From: Alphaproteobacteria bacterium | GTDB lineage: Bacteria > Pseudomonadota > Alphaproteobacteria > RF32 > CAG-239 | Direction of reading: 5' to 3' | NCBI GenBank assembly: GCA_017528205.1 | Contig: JAFXPE010000032.1 | Coordinates: forward strand, 76,375 to 140,374 | Length of the DNA stretch: 64,000 bases | In this document: positions 29,618-37,999 of the stretch, piece by piece | How positions within the stretch are numbered: position 1 is the stretch's first letter | Layout of the letters: every line of letters starts with the position of its first letter | The notes under the pieces: generated by a model | What the model was told of the DNA's origin: nothing | Seen by the model: the letters and a program-made list of their open reading frames with translations, nothing else | The model's database searches: none | Program-made: the position numbers and the translations under genes

Positions 29618-30019
29618 ATGAAAAAGTATTTTTGTTTTCATTGTCAGGAAAATACGGAGCCGGTCGGGTTTTGGAAAGTTCTGTTTTGCCCTAAGTGCAA
29701 GCATTTTATTACCGATAACGGCGAGGGATTCTATAGGGTATGCGATAATTGCGGAGCAAATTTGCCTGCCGATGCCCAAAAGTGCTTAAAATGCGGACAT
29801 TTTATGAAGCTGGAAAACAGTATGGAGCAATATGGTTTTGGCACCTATGTTTACCGAAATTCGTGGCTCAATTGGCTGATGGCGTTTTTAGCCTTTATTT
29901 TTGCGGTTATTGTGGCACTCGGAGTGCTGTATGTTTCGATTTATGTGGTGGGTTTTGTTTTTGTTTTTGCGCTGGCGTTTGTGCTGTTTAATATGATTCG
30001 CGCTTGGTTTCATATATAA
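29618..30019 (+). CDS. Double zinc-ribbon membrane protein
   Basis: Four CxxC motifs plus a C-terminal hydrophobic region; AAGGAG RBS. Confidence 0.75.
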   Translation: MKKYFCFHCQENTEPVGFWKVLFCPKCKHFITDNGEGFYRVCDNCGANLPADAQKCLKCGHFMKLENSMEQYGFGTYVYRNSWLNWLMAFLAFIFAVIVALGVLYVSIYVVGFVFVFALAFVLFNMIRAWFHI

Positions 30020-30027
30020 AAAACAAC

Positions 30028-30060
30028 GCTCCCGAAAGTCGCACGGACATTTTCGGGAGC
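30028..30060. terminator. Hairpin between convergent genes
   Basis: GCTCCCGAAA...TTTCGGGAGC inverted repeat. Confidence 0.55.
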
Positions 30061-30065
30061 ATCAT

Positions 30066-30308
30066 TCAGAAGTTTGATTCGTTGATACGGTCAATAAATT
30101 CTCTGACGGTATCGTTTGTACTTACCTCTTCGGGGATTTGGATTTCTTTTTTGTACTCGATATCGGCTTTCAAATTTTCAAAATCGAGACTGTCCATTTC
30201 CAATTCATCTCCAAAGCTGGCGTTTGCCAAGTTGTCATCCGAGAGATATTCGACCAGTTCGTTACCTTGTGCAGTCAGAATATCACGCACATCTTTGATT
30301 GTAAGCAT
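30066..30308 (-). CDS. Acyl-carrier-protein-like protein
   Basis: Very acidic 80 aa with LEMDSLD phosphopantetheine-attachment motif and TVREFIDRI C-terminal helix. Confidence 0.7.
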   Translation of the reverse strand: MLTIKDVRDILTAQGNELVEYLSDDNLANASFGDELEMDSLDFENLKADIEYKKEIQIPEEVSTNDTVREFIDRINESNF

Positions 30309-30323
30309 ACGATACAAATTTAG

Positions 30324-30548
30324 TCAGAGTGCGAGAAGTTCTTCACGAATGGTTTCAAGATCACGCTTTTCCTCTTCGGAGGCGTTGTACTTCACCCAAT
30401 TACCACGAAGATAGTTGGTAACCTGGTTCAGCACGATAGACAACTTTTCCCCTTTTTTAGGGCTGTTCTTGAGTTCGTCGAGCAAAGTGGCGAACATCCA
30501 AAGGTGAAACGCGGTGTCACCGTTGGCATTGTAATACTTCTGTTTCAT
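30324..30548 (-). CDS. Hypothetical protein
   Basis: Downstream of a minus-strand TTGACT-16-TATAAT (30613-30586); co-oriented with the ACP-like gene. Confidence 0.55.
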   Translation of the reverse strand: MKQKYYNANGDTAFHLWMFATLLDELKNSPKKGEKLSIVLNQVTNYLRGNWVKYNASEEEKRDLETIREELLAL

Positions 30549-30619
30549 AAGCACAATTGTATATAAAGTGTAATTTGTTGTCCTCATTATAGACAAATTT
30601 CAACAAAAGTCAAATCAAA

Positions 30620-31732
30620 TTATTTTCGCGCCGAATTTAAAACATCTATTACCGAAAAAATGCTGTGGAGCTGGCTTACCACCTCGCGCACCTTGTGATA
30701 ATCCAACGCCGGAGTAAGCAAGGTAGTGGTTTCAAACATATTTTTACGCGTATGCACCGCCAACAACAGCTTATTGTCAAAAAAACTGAAATCAATGTGT
30801 TTGCCATAAAAAAGTTTTTTAACCTCGTTAATTTTTTCCATAAAAACCGGCGTCAAAATATAGCGGGCCTCAACCTGATTATCGGTCAGCACATTCCAGT
30901 TTTTATTAAACGATATTTCTTCCAGTTTAACCTGTTGTGTAGCTTTTTTACGCTGTTTGTGAAAGCCTAGCAGGCAGATAACGGAAATAATGGCAAAAAA
31001 CAAAAACATATAAATAAACAAGGCTGTTTCAAAAGCATCTTCGGCCATTACAAATATTTGAATGAGCGCTACGGCAGCGATAACTATCATTAATAACGCC
31101 AATACCAACTGAAAATTGTTTTTCCACAACGAGCCGAGATTCCAGCGGTGTTTTACCACGGTTTTGCAGTCAAAAGACTTTTCAAATTCCAGCAAAATAA
31201 GCACACCTCGGAAAACGCTGTAATCATTTTTATTGCCCTTAACCAGCAAATTTTTTTCCGAAACGCAAATGCGCGTATCGTTATACATACCGGAAAAGGA
31301 ATCATCGGTTTTATCTTTATCATAACGGGCAAACAGCTCGGAATTTTTAATATCTTCGTCATCTATGGTTGAAAGAACACTGTATTTAAACGTTCCCCAA
31401 AAAGAGAGAATTTTATCCATTACCAAGGATTTGGTATCGATACGATAGTCTTTAAACGGTAAAGAGCACAAATAAAACATACCGACAATAACCAGAATAG
31501 AAAGCTTAAAAAACCACTCTGCGGTATAAGTTTGTTTGCAAATGGTGCCGTTCATACACAAAAAAACAACGCCCAAAACAATGGCGGCGCAAATGATAAA
31601 CCGCGTCTTAAATATGCCTAAATATTTTTGTCGCGCCGGTTCAAGCTGCTCATATTTACGGCGCAAATTGGCATCGTAAAAACTCTTGAAATTTTGTTGC
31701 AGACTTGCCAGTTCATAATTACGTTTGGGCAT
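30620..31732 (-). CDS. DUF3137-like membrane protein
   Basis: TM pairs plus FRGVLI, VKLEEISFNK..DNQVEARYILTPVFME motifs. Confidence 0.7.
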   Translation of the reverse strand: MPKRNYELASLQQNFKSFYDANLRRKYEQLEPARQKYLGIFKTRFIICAAIVLGVVFLCMNGTICKQTYTAEWFFKLSILVIVGMFYLCSLPFKDYRIDTKSLVMDKILSFWGTFKYSVLSTIDDEDIKNSELFARYDKDKTDDSFSGMYNDTRICVSEKNLLVKGNKNDYSVFRGVLILLEFEKSFDCKTVVKHRWNLGSLWKNNFQLVLALLMIVIAAVALIQIFVMAEDAFETALFIYMFLFFAIISVICLLGFHKQRKKATQQVKLEEISFNKNWNVLTDNQVEARYILTPVFMEKINEVKKLFYGKHIDFSFFDNKLLLAVHTRKNMFETTTLLTPALDYHKVREVVSQLHSIFSVIDVLNSARK

Positions 31733-32332
31733 TTATTTCTTCCATTCAATAAGCGGATATCCCTGCCAACCCGTCAAGTTGTAATGCCACCATTCGTGCA
31801 TAATCGATTCGAAACCGTGGCTTTCCATCAGAGATTTTAAAAAATTGCGATTTTCGATAGCTTCAGCCGAGGCTTCCATATAATCGTGACGAGCCTTAAT
31901 CAGATGTTTTTGAAATTCGGAAAAATCACCGCGACAAACCTGTTCTTGAAAGCGTTTTTCATAAGCGTCGATTTCCGTCGGATACAGTAGATTATTGCCG
32001 TTTTCATCGGTTAAGCAAATATCGATAGCGGTTCCGTGACAATGATTCGAGCGCTCCGGAGTGGCAGCGAAAAAGCCGTTGAATGGAATAATTTCCAAAA
32101 GCTTTTGGTGTGCCAGCGGTGGTCGATAAGCATCACAAATGCGCATTTTAAGCTTTTTCTCGGCCAAAATCGGCACAATTTTCTCCAGCGCCGCCGCCAT
32201 ATCTTTATGCATATAAGCATGGTTGCCGTATCCGATTTGTTCATACACAGGCTGCCCCGACATATTGTTGCTGCGCGCGTACATCATGTCGATAATAAAA
32301 TGCGGGTTATTAAACAGAACTAAATTTTCCAT
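31733..32332 (-). CDS. ddpX: D-alanyl-D-alanine dipeptidase (VanX/DdpX, M15D)
   Basis: DAYRP, SNHCHGTAID and EWWHY motifs. Confidence 0.88.
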   Translation of the reverse strand: MENLVLFNNPHFIIDMMYARSNNMSGQPVYEQIGYGNHAYMHKDMAAALEKIVPILAEKKLKMRICDAYRPPLAHQKLLEIIPFNGFFAATPERSNHCHGTAIDICLTDENGNNLLYPTEIDAYEKRFQEQVCRGDFSEFQKHLIKARHDYMEASAEAIENRNFLKSLMESHGFESIMHEWWHYNLTGWQGYPLIEWKK

Positions 32333-32498
32333 AAACTACTCCTTTTCGAGCATTATAACATAAAAAATTTTCGACTGGCAATAGCTGATATCACAAAAAC
32401 GCATAATTGCGGCGCGATTGTGAATGTTTTGACTTATACCTTGAATGTTTGATAAATATTTGTAATATATATTCAGGCGATATTTAAGGAGATTTTCT

Positions 32499-33275
32499 AT
32501 GTATAAAGTTTTAATTATGTTGCTCGGTGCGCTGTTTATGGCTCAAACTGCCGCGGCACAAACGGCAAAAACCGCTCCGGCACAAGCAATAATTAAAGAT
32601 GCAAAAGTCGCATCTGACGCAAAAGCAGACGAAAACAAAGACGAAGAAGGAATTGATTGGCGCAAAATCACGGTCAAGCAAGTCGAAGAGTTGTTAAAGG
32701 AAGAAAAAATAAAGTTGGACGAGTACGACTATAGGGGTGACACCCCACTGATGAGTGCCGCGGCCGAATGTGCCAGACCGGAAATTTTGGAAACGCTCAT
32801 TAAAAACGGCAAAGATGTAAAACTTTATCCGCCGACGGATAATCCGGAAGCCGCTTTGGCAACCTCGGCTCTTTATTCTGCCGCCGGTTGCAATATGGAT
32901 ATTGTTAAAATGCTGGTAGAAAAAGGTGCTTCGGTTAACGTTTACGGCGATATGGGTATGAGCCTGTTGATGCACTTTTCCGCTCGCACTCATGACCCGA
33001 AAATTATCGAGTATTTAATTGAAAAAGGCGCGAATGTTCTTGATTTGGACGACAACGGCAACCACGTTTTAATGTATGCGCTCTTAAATGAAGAAGCGGC
33101 GCACAAAGTTATTGAAGTATTGCTCAAAAACGGCGCTGATATTAATATGCTGGGCATAACTCCGGGAGATCAAACGTTTACGGTTTTGGATTTTGCCGAG
33201 CAGCGAAATTTGGACGCAGACGCGATTAGGTATTTACTTGAAATCGGTGCCAAACACGCCTCGGAATTATATTGA
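32499..33275 (+). CDS. Secreted ankyrin-repeat protein
   Basis: Signal peptide; GDTPLMSAA and LIEKGANV/LLKNGADIN repeats. Confidence 0.88.
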   Translation: MYKVLIMLLGALFMAQTAAAQTAKTAPAQAIIKDAKVASDAKADENKDEEGIDWRKITVKQVEELLKEEKIKLDEYDYRGDTPLMSAAAECARPEILETLIKNGKDVKLYPPTDNPEAALATSALYSAAGCNMDIVKMLVEKGASVNVYGDMGMSLLMHFSARTHDPKIIEYLIEKGANVLDLDDNGNHVLMYALLNEEAAHKVIEVLLKNGADINMLGITPGDQTFTVLDFAEQRNLDADAIRYLLEIGAKHASELY

Positions 33276-33351
33276 TAGATACTTTCGCTTGCTTGAAAAT
33301 TGCCTTTTGAGGTTTATTTATTAAGTGTTTAATAAACCACGGGAGGCAATA

Positions 33352-33576
33352 ATGACGGAAACGAATACAAATAGCAAAACACCGACATCGGCAAAAAATG
33401 TTTGGTCCAGCTCCGAACATTCTCTTGATAACATCAGGGAGAGAATGTTACATCATCAACGCAAAATGCGCGAAGAAGTGGAGTTTGCCGAAACCGACTT
33501 TTATGAAGATAACATCTACGACGAGCCGGAATATTGGCAAATGTCGGCCCACACCGGAAAAAATCGCAAACATTAA
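33352..33576 (+). CDS. Hypothetical protein
   Basis: GGGAGG RBS before ATG 33352. Confidence 0.55.
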   Translation: MTETNTNSKTPTSAKNVWSSSEHSLDNIRERMLHHQRKMREEVEFAETDFYEDNIYDEPEYWQMSAHTGKNRKH

Positions 33577-33598
33577 AACAAAAAGATGGCTCAAAATC

Positions 33599-33721
33599 GT
33601 CATCTTGAGCCCCTTGTGGGCGTAAAGATCTCGGATTACCGTGTTGAGGCTTAAGAATATATTTTTGAGGTCGTTCTTGTATTATGAGATCTTGACGGCG
33701 ACTGACGCGCCTCAAGATGAC
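33599..33721. repeat. 123-bp palindromic REP/MITE-like element
   Basis: Terminal IR GTCATCTTGAG/CTCAAGATGAC; internal IR CGTAAAGATCTC/GAGATCTTGACG (1 mismatch). Confidence 0.75.
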
Positions 33722-33792
33722 AGCGGATTGATATCTGTAAAGCTATCTGGCAGAGCCTTTAATTATGAAAAATGTTTTTTATTGACAAAACC

Positions 33793-33821
33793 TTGACAAT
33801 AAGTAAAAAATTTGTTATATT
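33793..33821 (+). promoter_or_regulatory. sigma70 promoter (extended -10)
   Basis: TTGACA-17-TATATT with TG at the extended -10 position. Confidence 0.65.
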
Positions 33822-33856
33822 CCCCTTTAGTTGTCTTTATAAGCGGAGAATATTCA

Positions 33857-34801
33857 ATGAAAGAAAGAGTTTTACCCAGCATTGATGAAGTTTTGTTTGC
33901 CATGAGCGAAGAGCCGTTGGGCATGGGCGAAGAAGCAAAGGTTTTTAAAATTCACACCAACCCGAATTATACGGTTCGCGTAAGCAACGTCGCGCCGGAT
34001 TTGGAAGAGTTGTCGCAAAAACTCTATGACGAAAAATTCACTCCGCAAAAAGACATTTTTGCCGGCCGCAATTATGCTCAATCGGTGGCTTATTGGGGAA
34101 CAGACAAAGACGACCCGACCAATGCTTTGGTAACCATCAATTTATATTCTCCGGGCTTTTCCATGGAAATTCATAAGCCGGGACGCAAAATGCCGTCAAG
34201 TGAAGAAGCAATGATGAAAACACTGACGCTTTCCAAGGCGGTGTTGAATATGCCGGATTCGGCCATAGATCAAATTTATGACGATTTACATTTTCTTTCT
34301 TCGCGTGAATATTCCATAGACGTGGGCAACTGCGGTTTGTTTTCTAACACCGGAAACATCTTGTATTCGGCGGTCAGCAAAGAATTTCGCATTATCGATA
34401 TTCAACCGTTTATCCGCAATCGTGTCGGTATTCCGCAAAATCATACCAAAGGCTTCAATACGCCGCTGTTTTTGGCGCGCGGACTGATTCCGGGAGCCTA
34501 TGGTTATGCAGAGGAACATTCTAAATATCCGACGCTGATTGATTATCGTACGGAAATTGTGCATAAAATTGTCAGCGGCGCACAACGCAACAAAATCAAT
34601 GATGTTGGCGGATATTTGCGCGGCGATATGTCGGCGATGTCAAATTATTGGCAAATTCAGCTGGATAAAATGCACATTCCGGAAAAATATGCTCAAGGCT
34701 TTATCAAAGACCTTTCGCAAATCGAGCAGGAGCATCGTTACAGATTGTTCCGCCACCACGAGCCGTTGGTTCGGGTTGCCGGTCGCAGTATGTACTCTTA
34801 A
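33857..34801 (+). CDS. Hypothetical protein, possible divergent protein-kinase-like fold
   Basis: LGMGEEAKVFKI Gly-loop-like, SIDVG..GNILY and RIIDI motifs; GGAG RBS. Confidence 0.45.
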   Translation: MKERVLPSIDEVLFAMSEEPLGMGEEAKVFKIHTNPNYTVRVSNVAPDLEELSQKLYDEKFTPQKDIFAGRNYAQSVAYWGTDKDDPTNALVTINLYSPGFSMEIHKPGRKMPSSEEAMMKTLTLSKAVLNMPDSAIDQIYDDLHFLSSREYSIDVGNCGLFSNTGNILYSAVSKEFRIIDIQPFIRNRVGIPQNHTKGFNTPLFLARGLIPGAYGYAEEHSKYPTLIDYRTEIVHKIVSGAQRNKINDVGGYLRGDMSAMSNYWQIQLDKMHIPEKYAQGFIKDLSQIEQEHRYRLFRHHEPLVRVAGRSMYS

Positions 34802-34821
34802 TACATAAAAAAGGCATAACA

Positions 34822-35616
34822 GTGCGCATCAAAATAATTTTTGCCAATGTTATTCAAGGCATGATTCATCTTGGTTATAACGACCGCAAAGAAAATATTT
34901 TTGCCGGTTTTCATCCGGAAAAATACGTGGATTTTTTTGCCGATGAAGAACCGGATATTTTGTGTTTGGCCGAATGTTTAATGGATAAGCCAGACGGCAC
35001 GAGCGAATTTGTAGAAAAAATTTCTCAGGCTTGTCAGTTGCCTTATTATAAAAATCTCAAAGGCGAAAAGGCGTTTTTTGTTGCCGACAAATTTTACGGC
35101 CTCTCCATTTGCACCAAGTTTCCGATTACGGAATACCAAACCCTTAAATTAGCCAATCCGCAAATTGAAACAGTGCGTCCCAACGGCGAACATTGGTTTA
35201 TGCACGATAAATATATTCAAAAGGCCAATTTGCAAATCAGCGCCGATAAAAACGTTTGTTTAATCAATACCCACATGTTTCCTTTTCAGCATTTTAACAG
35301 GCATTTTTGGGATAGCGAATTTGCCGCATATCGCGAACAATGGGCCAAGATGCTGATACCGGAGCCGAATTTATCTTTCATCACCGGCGATTTTAATACG
35401 GTTGATATTGCCATAGAGCAGGCCTTTCCGGAATTGCAAATCGGCGAAAAACTACATTCTTTGGTTGCTTACGACGGCAAAAAATATCAGCCGCAATATC
35501 CGTACAATACGCAAATCGAATACATTTTGGCCACGCCGGATATTAAATTGCTGGCTGCGCACGAAAAAATGCTTTATTCCGACCACCCGTTTTTAATTGC
35601 CGAAGTTGAAATTTAA
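34822..35616 (+). CDS. Endonuclease/exonuclease/phosphatase family protein
   Basis: PDILCLAE, INTH, GDFN and SDH motifs. Confidence 0.85.
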   Translation: MRIKIIFANVIQGMIHLGYNDRKENIFAGFHPEKYVDFFADEEPDILCLAECLMDKPDGTSEFVEKISQACQLPYYKNLKGEKAFFVADKFYGLSICTKFPITEYQTLKLANPQIETVRPNGEHWFMHDKYIQKANLQISADKNVCLINTHMFPFQHFNRHFWDSEFAAYREQWAKMLIPEPNLSFITGDFNTVDIAIEQAFPELQIGEKLHSLVAYDGKKYQPQYPYNTQIEYILATPDIKLLAAHEKMLYSDHPFLIAEVEI

Positions 35617-35669
35617 AAACACGTTGTTTTTTATTTGTGAACAGTGTATTTAAAACTTTTTTTTGAAAA

Positions 35670-37040
35670 CTATAAATAGAAAATGCTTTCAATTTTGCGA
35701 ATGTTGGCCGGCGCTACATAAATCAAAATCTTATCTTCTGCCTGCAAACGGATTTTAGCGGTGTCGTAAAGCAATTCTTCATCGCGGGCAATAAGCATTA
35801 CCGAACTGCTTTCCGGAATGCCTAAATCAGCAACGGTACGCCCCAAATTAACGCTGTCGGCACCCAAGCGGATTTCCCAAATTTCGCCCTGTCCGCGCCC
35901 TACCGAATACGCCTCGCGAATACGGGCTTTGCGCAGATATTTTAGCATAGCCGAAATGGTTATGACCGAGCGGTCGATAATTACATTGTTGCGAATGTTG
36001 GCGGCAAGCAGATTATAGTCTTTGGAATTAACCAAAGAAAGGGCTTGCGTGTCTTTATTGCGTGAAGCCAAAAGTGCCAACAGCATATTGTCTTTATCCT
36101 TATCCGTTACCGCTATACTCACGTCGGCGGTGTTAAATCCGGAATCGCGCAAGATAACGTCACTCATCATTTCGCCGGTTATAATGGCGGTTGAATTTAA
36201 TTTTTCGGCCAATTTTGCTGCTTTCTTGGCATCATCTTCAATAATGCGACAACTGGAAACGTTTTCATTTTTTTCGATTTGCGTCGCCAAGTAATAAGAT
36301 ACGGTGTTGCCGCCGAAAATAATGATTTTTTCGTACGGATTGTGGTCAACCCCAAACAGGCGCATAACCTCCGTATTTTGCTCCGGAAAACAACTGATAT
36401 AGATTAAATCATTGCGTTGCAAATGTGTGTCTTCATCTATAACAGGCACGATTCTGCGACTTCCGCGTATAATTAATACAATTCGTGCCGAAAGCTCTTT
36501 AAGCTTTGAATTGATGTGATTAAGTGAAAATTTCATAAACGGAATTTCCGTTGCCGTATGTCGAAACGCAAAAATATTAACGGTATCGTTCAAAAACGGA
36601 AAAACTGCCGTACTCCCCGGCAAATTCAGTAAATTGTCGATAAATTTTGCAATTTCTATATCCGGCGTAATCACCAAATCAATCGGCAGACTCTTTTCAT
36701 TATACAACGTGTTCCACAGCGGGTTGAGAAAGTATTCGGAATCAACTCGGGCAATTTTTTTCGGCACGTTAAACAAAGTGTATGCCACCTGACAGGCAAT
36801 CATATTTATTTCATCGCTGTCGGTCACGGCAATCAGCATATCCATATTTTTCATTCCGATGCTTTCTTGCACGTCCGGATGCGAAATAGAACCCAAAACC
36901 GGCTGAACGTCGTATTCTTTGGCAATTTCATTTAAATTATCGGCATTTTCATCAACAACAATAATGTCGTTGTTGCCCAAACTCAAATATCCGACAATGC
37001 TTTTTCCGACGCCGGTTGCGCCGCCGACTACTATTTTCAT
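35670..37040 (-). CDS. trkA: Trk system potassium uptake protein TrkA
   Basis: 456 aa, two RCK units, LIAVTDSDEINMIACQVAYTLFNVPKKIARV signature. Confidence 0.9.
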   Translation of the reverse strand: MKIVVGGATGVGKSIVGYLSLGNNDIIVVDENADNLNEIAKEYDVQPVLGSISHPDVQESIGMKNMDMLIAVTDSDEINMIACQVAYTLFNVPKKIARVDSEYFLNPLWNTLYNEKSLPIDLVITPDIEIAKFIDNLLNLPGSTAVFPFLNDTVNIFAFRHTATEIPFMKFSLNHINSKLKELSARIVLIIRGSRRIVPVIDEDTHLQRNDLIYISCFPEQNTEVMRLFGVDHNPYEKIIIFGGNTVSYYLATQIEKNENVSSCRIIEDDAKKAAKLAEKLNSTAIITGEMMSDVILRDSGFNTADVSIAVTDKDKDNMLLALLASRNKDTQALSLVNSKDYNLLAANIRNNVIIDRSVITISAMLKYLRKARIREAYSVGRGQGEIWEIRLGADSVNLGRTVADLGIPESSSVMLIARDEELLYDTAKIRLQAEDKILIYVAPANIRKIESIFYL

Positions 37041-37999
37041 GGCTCAATCCTCAAAAAATATTCATTTATCAACTTTTCCGCCTCGGTCAAGGTGTTTAAT
37101 TTGGTGTATTGCTCGCGAAATTTTTTAGCTTCGTACAAACTTTTCACATACCAGCTTATATGCTTGCGAGAAATAGCGATTCCGCCGCGCTCGCCGTAAT
37201 AATCGACCAGCAAACGCAAATGTCGGAGCATCATTTCCTTTTGTTCTTTCAGCGTTGGTTCCTGCAACATTTCACCGCTTTGCAAATAATGATGCGTGCG
37301 ATTTAACAGCCAAGGGTTTCCCAACATGGCGCGCCCTATCATAACTCCGTCAACGCCGCATTGTTTAAGCATTTGCTCGGCCTTTTGCGGTGAATCGACA
37401 TCGCCGTTGCCGATAACCGGAATATTAACCGCCGCCTTCACTTCGCCGATGATGTTCCAATCGGCGACACCGCTGTATCCTTGCGCCCTGGTGCGTCCGT
37501 GCACGGTAATGTATGCGGCGCCGCTTTGTTCGCACATTTGGGCAAATTGCACGGCATTAATATGCTCGTTATCCCAGCCTTTGCGGAATTTAACGCTCAC
37601 TTTGAGCGGTGTGGCATTCACCGTTGCCTCAATAATTTTCGCGGCCAGCGGCAAATCACGCATCAACGCCGAACCGGAGTTATTATTAACAATTTTCTTT
37701 ACCGGACACCCCATATTGATATCAATTGAGCGTGCGCCCAGCTCTGTCACCAGTTTTGCGGCATCGGCAAACAGCTCAGGATTGTTGCCCACCAGTTGCA
37801 CCACCACCGGATACGGCTCGTCTTTTACGTCGGCTATTTGATAACTTTTGGGATTTTTCCGCTGAATGGCGTTTACCGCCGCCATTTCCGAAATCAGGTT
37901 TCCGGCACCGCACGCGGCTAATATGGTTCGCATCGGCCTATCGGTAATGCCGGCCATCGGTGCCATAAAAACGGTGCTGTCAAAATCTGCAAACGCCAT
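37037..37999 (-). CDS. dusB: tRNA-dihydrouridine synthase DusB (NifR3)
   Basis: MAPMAGITD, IDINMGCPVKKI, TVHGRTR, GNGD and VMIGR motifs. Confidence 0.93.
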   Translation of the reverse strand: MAFADFDSTVFMAPMAGITDRPMRTILAACGAGNLISEMAAVNAIQRKNPKSYQIADVKDEPYPVVVQLVGNNPELFADAAKLVTELGARSIDINMGCPVKKIVNNNSGSALMRDLPLAAKIIEATVNATPLKVSVKFRKGWDNEHINAVQFAQMCEQSGAAYITVHGRTRAQGYSGVADWNIIGEVKAAVNIPVIGNGDVDSPQKAEQMLKQCGVDGVMIGRAMLGNPWLLNRTHHYLQSGEMLQEPTLKEQKEMMLRHLRLLVDYYGERGGIAISRKHISWYVKSLYEAKKFREQYTKLNTLTEAEKLINEYFLRIEP

